A DNA stretch of 64,000 nucleotides from positions 352,001 to 416,000 of the forward strand of contig CAVVPN010000012.1 of assembly GCA_963750165.1 (NCBI GenBank). The letters are read 5' to 3'. The stretch is from an uncultured Gemmataceae bacterium. Its GTDB lineage: Bacteria > Planctomycetota > Planctomycetia > Gemmatales > Gemmataceae. How positions within the stretch are numbered: the first letter of the stretch is position 1; every line of letters begins with the position of its first letter. Below the pieces are notes generated by a model. The model had not been told where the DNA came from. It did not search any database and was given only the letters and a program-made list of their open reading frames with translations. This document shows, piece after piece, positions 18,650-28,137 of the stretch. Position numbers and translations under genes: made by a program.

Positions 18650-21361
18650 CTACGGGATGGACACCAGGGTGATATCGAAGACCAACTCGGAATTGGCCGG
18701 GATGCCGGAGGGCGGGTTGTTCCCGTAGGCGAGGTCGGCTGGGATGTCCAGCCGGATCTCGCCGCCCACCTTGAGCCCCGGGAGCGCGTCCACCCACCCG
18801 GCGATCAGGCTGGTCGTGCTCAGCGTGAACTGCTGCGGGCCGCCGTGCATGTTCGACGAGTCGAACACCGTCCCGTTGGGCAGGTAACCGGTGTAACTGG
18901 CAGTGAACTGCTGTCCGACCTGGAGCGTGGCCCCGGTGCCCACGGTCACGTCCCAGTCCCGCAGCGTGGGCAGGTTTGACGCCCGCCCCGACACGGGGAC
19001 CGTCTGCCACTGCGAATCCGTCAATGAGAACGGCAGCGTCGTGGCGACAACTGGCTGGATCAGCATGTCCGTGCTGGTGTCGTGTTGACTGTCGCCTGCG
19101 TAGGTCGCGGTGATGGTGTCATTCTGGACGACGGTCAGTGCCCGGGTGTACAGGGTGGCAACGCCGCCGGTGAGTGAGGCGACGCCCAGATTCACGTTCG
19201 TCGTGGAGTCGAAGAAACTAACGTTCCCCGTGGGCGTGCTGTTGTCGGACGCGCTGACCTTGGCCGTGAGGGTCAAGATCCCTCCGGGGACCACCGAACT
19301 CGGGTTGGCCGTCAGCACCGTGCTGGTCGAGCGCGGGCCGACCACGACGGCGTTGGTGTTCTTGGCGGTGCCGTTCGTGGTGCCGTCGTTGGGCGTGACC
19401 GTCACCGTGATGGTGCTGCCGGCGCTCACGCCGCTGAGCGAGGACAGGTCCAGCGTGTCGGTCGTGCTGGAACTCAGGTTGGTCGTCTTGACGGTGCTGC
19501 CGTTGAGCGCCCAGACGTAGGTCAGTTTCACCGGATCGCCGTCGGGGTCGGAATCGGTCACGGTCGCCGTCAGCGTGTCGGTGGCGCTCGGCGAAGCGGG
19601 CGTGAGCACCAGGCTGTTGATCACCGGCGGAGCGTTGACCACCGTGGCCGTGGCCGTGGCGGCGGCGCCATTGACCGTGCCATCGTTGGGCGTCACCACG
19701 ACCGTGATCGTCTGGCCCTTGTCGCCGTGGCCGGGCTTGCTCAGGTCGAAGGTATCCGTCGTGGCGTTCGTGGTGTCGGTTTGCACCACCGTGCCGTTAA
19801 CCGACCAGGCGTAGGTCAACTGCACCGGGTCTTTATTGGGGTCGCTGGGCGTCGCCGTGGCCGTCAGCGTGTCGTTGGTCTGCGGCGAGGTGCTGCTGAG
19901 CGTGACGGCGACCGTCGGCGGTTCGTTGACGACCGACACCTTGAAGGTGTCGTCCACGGTGGCGCCGAAGGTGTCCGTGGCCCGCACGGTGATCGTGGCG
20001 GTGCCGGTCCCGCCGTTCGGAGTGGCGGCCACCGTCAGCCGATTGTTGTCGCCGGTGCCCAGGGTGGCCGTGACCAGGTTCGGGTTGCTGTTGCTCACCA
20101 CCGAGTAGGTCAGGAACTCGGGGCGCGACAGAATCTTCACACCCTGGATCAGGGCGTAGTTGGCCGCCGTGGTGTCGGTGGGGAAGTTGGTGCCCGTGTA
20201 GTTCTGCAGCGGGATCTCGTTGAACACGCCCTGTTCGCTGCTCGGCAACCCCGGGGCGGAACTCTGGTCCGAGTTGGGGATGGCAGCCAGGGCGTTCATG
20301 TTGGCGATGCTGGTGGCGTCCGCGACCATGCCGAAGACCGTAAAGCCGCCGCTGTTGCTGGTGCTGTCCAGGGAACTGGAGTTGTCCACCAGGTTGAAGA
20401 AGAACTGGCTAGTGGCGCTGTTCGGATCAGATGTCTTGGCCATGGCGATGGTGTCGGCGAGGTTCGAGCGGGTGGTGAAGTCTGGCTCGTTGAGCACCGA
20501 CGGGAACGTCGTCACCGCGGGCAAGCTCGACTGGCCGTTGGTGGTGGTCAGAGTGAAGCCGCCGCCCTGCAGCACCTGCAGGCCGTCCGACGCGACCGTG
20601 CGGCGGTGGAAGATGTCGTTGTTGTAGAGGCCGGCGTTGATGTAGTTGTAGAAGTTGGCGACCGTCCGCGGCGCCTGGGCGTCGAAGAGCGTGAGGTTGA
20701 TCGGGCCGGCGGCGGTTTCGAACTGCACCTCGCTGTTGGTCAGGTCCGGGTCGGTGAAGACGCCGGCCAGGTCAAGCACGGTGCCGGTGGTGTCGTTCTT
20801 GGCCAGCGTGAAGTCAGAGATGGCCGACGCCACGGTGGGCGGGCTGTTCGAGCGCGGACCGACCGCGGCCGAGCCGCCGCCGGGGCTGCCCGGCGCGAAG
20901 ACGGACGTATTGGAGTCGGTCAGGAACTGCCGCAGCGAGATGAACTGCGGCGCGATGCCGCCGACGGCCAGGTTCTCGATCACCGACTGCCCCTCGGCCA
21001 CGGTCACGGTGGCGGCGGCGCCGGTCTGGAAGAGGCCGGGACCACTGGCGTTCAGTTGATACGTGCCCGTCGGCACGTTATTGAAGGTGTACTTCCCGTT
21101 GATGTCGGTGGTGGTGGAGACGTTTTCCGCCTTCCCGAGGTTGGTGGTCCCCGTCAGGTTGACCGTGATGCCGGGCTCGGCGACTTCCTTGGGGTCGAAG
21201 ACGCCGTTGCTGTTGGCGTCCAGGAAGGCGGTGCCGGTGATGGTGTTGGTGGTGACCGACAGCAGCGAGCGCTCCTCGAGCGCTTCCAGTTCCAGTCGCG
21301 TCCGCCGGCGCGGAGCAGGTTTGTGAGCAGGGCGTTTGTTGGTCGCGAAAAATCGGAACAT
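18650..21361 (-). CDS. Surface protein: planctomycete export signal, SdrD-B/Cna-B domain, cyclophilin PPIase, Ig-like repeats, C-terminal FKBP PPIase
   Basis: RRRTRLELEALEERSLLS; ITGTAFLDANSNG; APRTVANF, FHR, QGGGF, IAMAKTSDPNSATSQFFFN; YTGYL..GTVFDSS, LIAGW, IPADLAYG, IPANSELVFDI. Confidence 0.88.
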   Translation of the reverse strand: MFRFFATNKRPAHKPAPRRRTRLELEALEERSLLSVTTNTITGTAFLDANSNGVFDPKEVAEPGITVNLTGTTNLGKAENVSTTTDINGKYTFNNVPTGTYQLNASGPGLFQTGAAATVTVAEGQSVIENLAVGGIAPQFISLRQFLTDSNTSVFAPGSPGGGSAAVGPRSNSPPTVASAISDFTLAKNDTTGTVLDLAGVFTDPDLTNSEVQFETAAGPINLTLFDAQAPRTVANFYNYINAGLYNNDIFHRRTVASDGLQVLQGGGFTLTTTNGQSSLPAVTTFPSVLNEPDFTTRSNLADTIAMAKTSDPNSATSQFFFNLVDNSSSLDSTSNSGGFTVFGMVADATSIANMNALAAIPNSDQSSAPGLPSSEQGVFNEIPLQNYTGTNFPTDTTAANYALIQGVKILSRPEFLTYSVVSNSNPNLVTATLGTGDNNRLTVAATPNGGTGTATITVRATDTFGATVDDTFKVSVVNEPPTVAVTLSSTSPQTNDTLTATATPSDPNKDPVQLTYAWSVNGTVVQTDTTNATTDTFDLSKPGHGDKGQTITVVVTPNDGTVNGAAATATATVVNAPPVINSLVLTPASPSATDTLTATVTDSDPDGDPVKLTYVWALNGSTVKTTNLSSSTTDTLDLSSLSGVSAGSTITVTVTPNDGTTNGTAKNTNAVVVGPRSTSTVLTANPSSVVPGGILTLTAKVSASDNSTPTGNVSFFDSTTNVNLGVASLTGGVATLYTRALTVVQNDTITATYAGDSQHDTSTDMLIQPVVATTLPFSLTDSQWQTVPVSGRASNLPTLRDWDVTVGTGATLQVGQQFTASYTGYLPNGTVFDSSNMHGGPQQFTLSTTSLIAGWVDALPGLKVGGEIRLDIPADLAYGNNPPSGIPANSELVFDITLVSIP

Positions 21362-21703
21362 GGGGTTTCTCGGCAAAAGGCTCGTTGAGGATCACAACCC
21401 GGGTGGACGGAGGGCGCATCACCTCCGTTATCGTCCAGATGGGAGGGGGCGGAAAAATGGCCGTCACCAGAATGAGGGGAAAAACCAGTGGGCCTGGGGA
21501 AATCGTCACAACTTTCGGTAAAAACGGGAGCGACGTTGCAACCGTTGCCGCCGTCAGGGCTCACACTAAAGGTACGGGCTGACGCCGCAAAGGTTTCAAA
21601 AAAAGCTTAAAGGACGGGACCGTCAAGGTCAACTGCCAACTCATGAAAAGTTGATGATCCCTCCAGACGCCGCCGGCAAAATCGACCCGCCTCGGTTCTG
21701 CCC

Positions 21704-22534
21704 TCACGCCGGCCAGTCGCCGCTGAACACCTCCACCGCCGGCCCGGTCAGGTAGACGTGGTTGTCCGCCGCCGACCATTCCAGTTGCAAATCGCCGCCG
21801 GTCAGGTGGACGGTGAGCCGCCGTTGCGTCCGCCCGGTCAGTACGCCGGCGACACAGACCGCACACGCCCCGGTGCCGCACGCCAGCGTCTCACCGCTGC
21901 CGCGCTCCCAGACGCGCATGGTCACGTCATCCGGCCGGTTGACGCGCACGAATTCGACGTTGATCTTGCGCGGGAACACGGGGGCGGTCTCGATCTTCGG
22001 CCCGATGCCCAGCACCAGCGTGTCGGTGATCTCCGGGACGTGGATGACGCAGTGCGGGTTGCCCATCGACACGCAGGTGCCGCGCAGGTCGAAGCTGGGC
22101 AGCGGCACATTCAGCGGCGGGTTGCCGGGCAGCGTCGTCGGAATCTGGTCGGCCTGCAAAATCGGCTCGCCCATGTTGACGCGCACCGTCTGCACGCGGC
22201 CCTCTTTGACGTGCAGGTCGAGCGTCAGCACGCCGCGGCCGGTCTCGACAGTCAACGGCGACTTGTGGGCGATGCCGTGGTCGTGGGCCAGCTTGGCGAC
22301 GCAGCGGACGCCGTTGCCGCACATCTCCGCCTCGCTGCCGTCGGCGTTGAACATGCGCATGCGCACGTCGGCACGCTCCGACGGGCAGATGAGGATGAGG
22401 CCGTCGCTGCCGACGCCGAAATGGCGGTCGCTGACGGCACGGGCCAGCTTCGGGAGGTCGGTCGGCACCTTTTCCTGGAAGCAGTTCACGTAGACGTAGT
22501 CATTGCCGCAGCCGTGCATTTTCGTGAAGCGCAT
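21704..22534 (-). CDS. dapF: Diaminopimelate epimerase
   Basis: [39 protein letters not shown]. Confidence 0.96.
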   Translation of the reverse strand: MRFTKMHGCGNDYVYVNCFQEKVPTDLPKLARAVSDRHFGVGSDGLILICPSERADVRMRMFNADGSEAEMCGNGVRCVAKLAHDHGIAHKSPLTVETGRGVLTLDLHVKEGRVQTVRVNMGEPILQADQIPTTLPGNPPLNVPLPSFDLRGTCVSMGNPHCVIHVPEITDTLVLGIGPKIETAPVFPRKINVEFVRVNRPDDVTMRVWERGSGETLACGTGACAVCVAGVLTGRTQRRLTVHLTGGDLQLEWSAADNHVYLTGPAVEVFSGDWPA

Positions 22535-22694
22535 GGGCCATCCTCGTAATAATGTTTTCACGGTGCTACAAAATGGCTCAAGCCAACCGCTCACCCTCGG
22601 GAGAAAACTCTGCCTGCCACGGCGCTGTATCTGCAAATCCTTGGTCTACTACTACCACCCGCTCCTTGATCCTCCTTCGGTTCTCATCCGCCGC

Positions 22695-24266
22695 CTATTC
22701 CCATTCGATGGTGGCGGGCGGCTTGCTGCTGATGTCATAGACCACCCGGTTCACGCCCGCCACGCAATTGATGATACGCGTCGAAATCTTGGCCAGCAAC
22801 TCATACGGCAGCTGCGACCAGTCCGCCGTCATGAAGTCATCCGTCTGTACAGCCCGCAGCGCAATCACATTCTCATAGGTGCGGCCGTCGCCCATGACGC
22901 CGACCGTGCGCACCGGCAACAGCACCGCGAACGCCTGCGCCGTCTGCCGATACCAGTCCGATTCCTGCAACTCCTCCAGCAGAATCGCGTCTGCCTGCCG
23001 CAGCGTCTCCAGCCGCGGCGCCGTGATCTCGCCCAGGCAGCGCACCGCCAGGCCCGGCCCGGGGAACGGATGCCGCCACACCGTCGTCTCCGGCAGCCCC
23101 AGCTCCAGCCCCAGGCGGCGCACCTCATCCTTGAACAGCGCCTTCAGCGGCTCGATCAGCTCGAAACCCAGTTCCTTCGGCAGTCCGCCGACGTTGTGGT
23201 GCAGCTTGATGTTCGCTGCCGGGCCGTCCGCCGCGGAACCGCTCTCGATCACGTCCGGGTACAGCGTCCCCTGCGCCAGGAAGTGCGCCCCCGCAATGCG
23301 GCGGGCCTCATCCTTGAACACATCAATGAACACGTGACCGATGATGCGTCGTTTCTCCTGCGGATCAGTGACGCCGGCCAGCGCCGTCAGGAAGCGATCG
23401 CGGGAGTCCACCACATGCAGGTCGGCGTGGAAATGGTCGCGGAACGTCCGCTGCACTGCCTCGCGCTCGCCCTGGCGCAGCAGGCCGTTGTCCACGAAGA
23501 TGCACGCCACCTGCGACCCGATGGCTTTCACCAGCAGCGCCGCCGTCACCGACGAATCGACGCCGCCGGACAGGCCGCAGATCACGCGCTGCTCGCCGAC
23601 ACGCTGCCGCAGCTCCGCGACCGTGTTCTCCAGGAACGACGCCATTTTCCACTGACCGGTGCAGCGGCAGATCTCGAACAGGAAGTTTTTCAGGATACGG
23701 CCACCGGCGGGCGTGTGGCTGACCTCGGGGTGGAACTGCAGGCCGTAGATGGGCCGGTCGCGGTGGCGCACCGCGGCGACGGGGCAGGTGTCCGTGGCGG
23801 CCAGCGCCAGGAACTGGCCGTTGACAGTGCTCACCTGATCGCCGTGGCTCATCCACACCGTCGTCTCCGCGGGCACGCCCAGGAAGAGCGGGTCGAGTTC
23901 CTCAATGTGGCAACGAGCGCGGCCGAACTCGCGGCTGTGGGCCGGCGTCACCTGGCCGCCGAGCTGCTGGCAGGCCAGCTGCATGCCGTAGCAGATGCCG
24001 AGCACGGGGACGCCGAGGTCGAGGATGGCGGGGTCGCTGTGCGGGGCGCCCGGCTCGTAGACGCTGGCGGGACCGCCGGAGAGGATGAGGCCGCGCGGCT
24101 TCAGTTCGGCGATGCGCGTTGCCGGCAGGTCGTGGCGGACGATCTCGCAGAAGACGTTCAGGTCACGGACGCGGCGGGCGATGAGCTGGCCGTACTGGGC
24201 GCCGAAGTCGAGGACCAGGATGCGCTCGTCCTGAGGGGATGTTGGGGGCTCCACGGTGGCGGTCAT
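22695..24266 (-). CDS. guaA: GMP synthase (glutamine-hydrolysing)
   Basis: [43 protein letters not shown]. Confidence 0.98.
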   Translation of the reverse strand: MTATVEPPTSPQDERILVLDFGAQYGQLIARRVRDLNVFCEIVRHDLPATRIAELKPRGLILSGGPASVYEPGAPHSDPAILDLGVPVLGICYGMQLACQQLGGQVTPAHSREFGRARCHIEELDPLFLGVPAETTVWMSHGDQVSTVNGQFLALAATDTCPVAAVRHRDRPIYGLQFHPEVSHTPAGGRILKNFLFEICRCTGQWKMASFLENTVAELRQRVGEQRVICGLSGGVDSSVTAALLVKAIGSQVACIFVDNGLLRQGEREAVQRTFRDHFHADLHVVDSRDRFLTALAGVTDPQEKRRIIGHVFIDVFKDEARRIAGAHFLAQGTLYPDVIESGSAADGPAANIKLHHNVGGLPKELGFELIEPLKALFKDEVRRLGLELGLPETTVWRHPFPGPGLAVRCLGEITAPRLETLRQADAILLEELQESDWYRQTAQAFAVLLPVRTVGVMGDGRTYENVIALRAVQTDDFMTADWSQLPYELLAKISTRIINCVAGVNRVVYDISSKPPATIEWE

Positions 24267-24303
24267 CGGTCAAACCTCGGGGCGAGTTGCGAATCTGGTT
24301 GGG

Positions 24304-24635
24304 TTATTCGAAGCCGGAGTGCGGCATGACCTTGAATGGTTGCGAGAAGATCACCTGGCGGTTGGGCTCGTCCAGGACGTATTCAACGTGCAAGCATCCG
24401 AAGGCGAAGCCGCGCGTTGTGTAGATGATCTGGCCCGCGATCTCAAGTTTTTTCCGCGGCTCGCCGTACTGGGGGGGTAGATACGCAGAATCCGGAAAAT
24501 TTGGTCCAGCGCGGCGCGAAAGGATTGCCCGAACCCGGCGGCAACCGCTCGGCGTTCCAGGGCCACCAGCTCGCGCTCGACGACCCGCGCCGTTTCGATC
24601 TTGTAGGACAAAGGGCTAGCGGTTGGCTCGCTCAT
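24304..24635 (-). CDS. RelE/ParE-like toxin candidate, out of frame at a C7 run (24471-24477)
   Basis: Adding one C continues YPP into QYGEPRKKL...LHVEYVLDEPNRQVIFSQPFKVMPHSGFE*; overlaps the upstream small acidic ORF. Confidence 0.5.
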
Positions 24636-25017
24636 GGGCCTCCTGCCTGTCGAGGGGTGAGGTCGCCTGATGCCCGTTCAGGGCTGACGAATTCTCTTTC
24701 AGGGCCCGAAGCACTTCCCCGAATTCAATGCCGCCGCCCTGCTCATCGAATTCGCGCACGCGGGCAATGAGTTCTTCATCGGTAAGGTGGTCCTGAGAGA
24801 ACATCGCCCGGACTTCGGGAGAATGAACCTGATGCGGTGGAGCGGGTGGGAAAAATTCAAGGATGAACTCCGTGAGCCGCTGTTTGTAGCGCTCCAGCAC
24901 ATCCTCGGTGCAATCCGGTTCGCGCTCCAGATCGTCGGCGATGCAACGGAGCAGATAGGCGACCGCGAGCTTCCGCCGCGCCCGTAGTTCCGCAGCCCGG
25001 TCGTTGTTCTCGGACAT
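24616..25017 (-). CDS. Small acidic protein, putative antitoxin
   Basis: 133 aa; C-terminal EELIARVREFDEQGGGIEFGEVLRAL; overlaps the start of the toxin-like ORF. Confidence 0.5.
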   Translation of the reverse strand: MSENNDRAAELRARRKLAVAYLLRCIADDLEREPDCTEDVLERYKQRLTEFILEFFPPAPPHQVHSPEVRAMFSQDHLTDEELIARVREFDEQGGGIEFGEVLRALKENSSALNGHQATSPLDRQEAHERANR

Positions 25018-25096
25018 GATGTACCCTCCGCAAGCGGCACGAATGATGAGTCAATGTAGCACAAGCGCTCGCTCCTCACCAGGGGAAGGCAGCGCC

Positions 25097-25924
25097 TCAC
25101 TGCCCCGGCCCGCGGGCCAGTTCCGCGGCGCGGCGCGTCGCGGCCTCCACCGCGTCCATGAGCGTCGCCCGCAGGCCGCCACGCTCCAGCGCGTGCAGCC
25201 CCGCGATGGTGGTGCCGCCCGGACTGGCCACCGCGTCCTTGAGCGCCCCCGGGTGCTGCCGTGTCTCCAGCACCATTTTCGCGGCCCCGAGCACCGTCTG
25301 CGCCGCCAGCGCCGTGGCCGCATCGCGCGGCAGCCCCATGCGCACGCCGCCGTCGCTCAGCGCCTCGATCATCACGTACACGAACGCCGGGCCGCTGCCG
25401 CTCAGACCGGTCACCGCGTCGAGCAGGTGCTCCGGCAACCGCAGCGCCACGCCGACCGCACCCAGCAGCCGATCCACCAGGGCCACATCTGCCTCGGTGG
25501 CGTGCTCACCGGACGCATAGGCCGAGGCGCTGGCGCCAACCAGGCAGGGTGTGTTCGGCATGACGCGGATGAGGCGGCGTGTGGCGCCGAGGCCGTCGCG
25601 CAGCTGGCGCAGGGTCGCGCCCGCGGCGATGGACACGACCAGGTGCCGCGGCGTCAGGCCGTCGCGGATTTCGTCGAGCAGGGCGGGCAGGGACTGCGGC
25701 TTGACGGCGAGGACGATAAGGTCGCTGACGGCGACGACATGGCGGTTGTCGGCGCTGGCGGCGACGCCGGTTTCCTGCTGAAAGGCAAGGCGGGCGGCGG
25801 CCAGCGGATCGCTGGCGTACACGCGGTCGAGGCGGAACAGGCCGGCTTGCAGCCAGCCGCGCGTCAGGGCGGTCGCCATCTTGCCGGCGCCGAGAAAGCC
25901 AAGAGTTGGGCTGTCGTCACTCAT
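25097..25924 (-). CDS. proC: Pyrroline-5-carboxylate reductase
   Basis: GFLGAGKM, LAVKPQ, RVMPNTP, GLSGSGPA, SPGGTT. Confidence 0.96.
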   Translation of the reverse strand: MSDDSPTLGFLGAGKMATALTRGWLQAGLFRLDRVYASDPLAAARLAFQQETGVAASADNRHVVAVSDLIVLAVKPQSLPALLDEIRDGLTPRHLVVSIAAGATLRQLRDGLGATRRLIRVMPNTPCLVGASASAYASGEHATEADVALVDRLLGAVGVALRLPEHLLDAVTGLSGSGPAFVYVMIEALSDGGVRMGLPRDAATALAAQTVLGAAKMVLETRQHPGALKDAVASPGGTTIAGLHALERGGLRATLMDAVEAATRRAAELARGPGQ

Positions 25925-26262
25925 CCGTGGTCGCGTCCGGGGCGAACTGCAAGAGGCCCGGGCGGTCCCGGGCGGCGAGTTCATTCGAGTTTATCTTACC
26001 GCAGCGCACGGGGGGCCGTAAACAGTCCGTTCCCTGGAAGCGGGCTGGGCGGTACAATGGAGATAGGAGCCAGGGAAGGTTTCGTTTCATTTCACAGACC
26101 CCCCTGATTGCCCCAGGGGACGCGCGGATTCCCTACCCGCAACCAGGCGCGGAGCCAGCAGGGCACGGCCCTGGGGCGGTGAATGGCCAGCGCTGCCCGG
26201 GTCGCGGTTTTGGCGTACAATGAACGTCTTTCAAGGTCCGCGGCGATCAGGAGGGGTGAGGC

Positions 26263-26520
26263 ATGGCGGTAGAGGTGCCGGAGTGGCTGAAGAAACACGG
26301 CGGCAGCCTGAAACTGGCGAGCGACGGCCGCACGTGGCTGATGTTCATGGGGCCGCAGCCCAATTACAAACTGGTGCCGGTGCCGGTCGGCGGCAAGTTT
26401 GGTTGCAACGTCGTGCAGACGAACAATGGCAAACCGGTGGCGTGCCAGGCCGTGGCGGCCACCGGCGACGAGGCCATCCGCGCGGCGCTGGAAGAACTGC
26501 GGCAGGCGCTGGGGTGGTGA
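26263..26520 (+). CDS. Hypothetical protein (85 aa)
   Basis: GAGG RBS, GC-rich third codon positions, protein-like composition. Confidence 0.7.
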   Translation: MAVEVPEWLKKHGGSLKLASDGRTWLMFMGPQPNYKLVPVPVGGKFGCNVVQTNNGKPVACQAVAATGDEAIRAALEELRQALGW

Positions 26521-26703
26521 ATCATGGAACAACACGAACGACCGCAGACAAGGTAGCCGGATTACAGCACAGACGGCGTTGACCTCGTTTCGATGCGGTT
26601 GATGCTCCTGTTGACTGCGGAACTCCCATCCCGAGGCAGGTGATCCAGGAATTCGTCCACTCGCTGCCAAGGTTCCGTCAATGTGAAGGAGACGTAAACG
26701 GGG

Positions 26704-27396
26704 TCAGCCGCCCACCGTCAGCCACTCGCCCGGTTGCAGCACCACAGGCTGTGTCGTCGTCTGCCGCCGCACCTGCTCCGCCCAGGCGTTGGCGTCCTGG
26801 GCGATCAGCTCGAAGGTGTTGTAATGGATCGGCAGCACCTGTTTCGGCTGCACCAGTTTCACCGCCCGCAGCGCGTCGTCCGGCCCCATCGTGTAATTGT
26901 CGCCGATCGGCAGCATCGCCAGGTCGATGCCCGCCTCGCCGATCAACCGCATGTCGCTGAACAGTCCCGTGTCCGCCGCGTCGTAAATCTTCTTGCCGTC
27001 GTTCAGAGTCAGCAGGAAGCCGCACGGGTTGCCGCCGTTACTGCCGTCCGGCAGCATCGAGCCGTGAAACGCCAGCGTCAGCTTGACGCGCCCGAACGGG
27101 TACTGGAAGCCGCCGCCGTGCTGCTGGCCGTGGACTTTTTTCAGCCCCTGCTTTTGCAGCCATTCGCTGATCTCGTAGTTGGCGACGACGGTCGCCCCGG
27201 TGCGTTTGGCGATGGCGATGGTGTCGCCGACGTGGTCGCCGTGGCCGTGCGACACCAGGATGAAGTCGGCCGGCACCTGGTCCGCGGTCGTTGCCGCCTT
27301 CGGGTTACCCGTCAGGAACGGGTCGATCAGAATGTGTGTGCCGTCGCTCTCGATGAGCAGACAGGCGTGGCCCAGCCAGCGTACGCGCGTCGCCAT
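26704..27396 (-). CDS. Metallo-beta-lactamase-fold metal-dependent hydrolase (UPF0173-like)
   Basis: WLGHA, IDPFL, SHGHGDH, AFHGS, PIGDNYTM, PIHYNTF. Confidence 0.9.
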   Translation of the reverse strand: MATRVRWLGHACLLIESDGTHILIDPFLTGNPKAATTADQVPADFILVSHGHGDHVGDTIAIAKRTGATVVANYEISEWLQKQGLKKVHGQQHGGGFQYPFGRVKLTLAFHGSMLPDGSNGGNPCGFLLTLNDGKKIYDAADTGLFSDMRLIGEAGIDLAMLPIGDNYTMGPDDALRAVKLVQPKQVLPIHYNTFELIAQDANAWAEQVRRQTTTQPVVLQPGEWLTVGG

Positions 27397-27549
27397 GATG
27401 ACTGCCTCCGTGGGGATGGTGCGGGGTTTGCCGGCGCTGCCGCCGGCGCCGCGCCGCGGCCGTCCGGGACGGCGCTTGACGGCCCGCGCCGCATCCATCT
27501 AGAATACGGAATATGTCGCCCTGCGTAAGTTGGGCATTTTACTGAATCC

Positions 27550-28005
27550 ATGCGGGTCATCCCGGACATGGCGGCGCCGTACCGAACTCCGATCAGCCTG
27601 CTCGCCGCGCTCCTGCTGCTGCTGTCCAGCACACCGGGGGCGCTGGCGGCGGCGCTGGCGCGCGTCGGGGCTCACCACTGTCACTGTCGCACCGTCCACT
27701 GCCCCGCCGACGCCGAACCGGTCATCGACACCACCTGCCACTGCCATCACCACCACGACGGCGGCGCCGCCGAGGACGATGACCCCGCCGGCACCGTCAC
27801 GGAAGACCATACGCACTGCCCCTGCTGTCCGCCGGGACCGCGCTGCCCCGTCAGCAACTGCTGCCTCGAAAAAGCACCCTGCTCGGTGGCAACCGCTCAG
27901 CCCTGGCTGCCGACGCTGCCGTGTCTGACGCCGCTGTCTCCCGAGGCGCCGCCGCTCATCCCCTGTGTCACCCTTCCGGGCCTGATCCGGCCCCCGCGCG
28001 TCTGA
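27550..28005 (+). CDS. Exported Cys/His-rich leader protein (DUF2946-like) ending LIRPPRV
   Basis: Hydrophobic N-terminus, HHCHC / CHCHHHH / HCPCC / CC clusters, Pro-rich tail; 132 nt upstream of czcB-like gene. Confidence 0.7.
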   Translation: MRVIPDMAAPYRTPISLLAALLLLLSSTPGALAAALARVGAHHCHCRTVHCPADAEPVIDTTCHCHHHHDGGAAEDDDPAGTVTEDHTHCPCCPPGPRCPVSNCCLEKAPCSVATAQPWLPTLPCLTPLSPEAPPLIPCVTLPGLIRPPRV

Positions 28006-28137
28006 GCTTCCTCTCTTCCCACTGGTCCGATCCGAGAACCCTTGCCGCCACGGCAAGCGCTCCGGCCGCGCCTGCCCGCGCCGCGGGTGCCGTCCCTCCG
28101 TTGCTACCACCCCCTGCGCCGCTCCGTTGAGGAAGCC

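Noticed and set aside
21380..21700. c-di-GMP or other riboswitch upstream of the PPIase surface protein
   Set aside because: AT-rich, but no GGCAAA...GAAA...GACGCAAA arrangement or other recognisable aptamer
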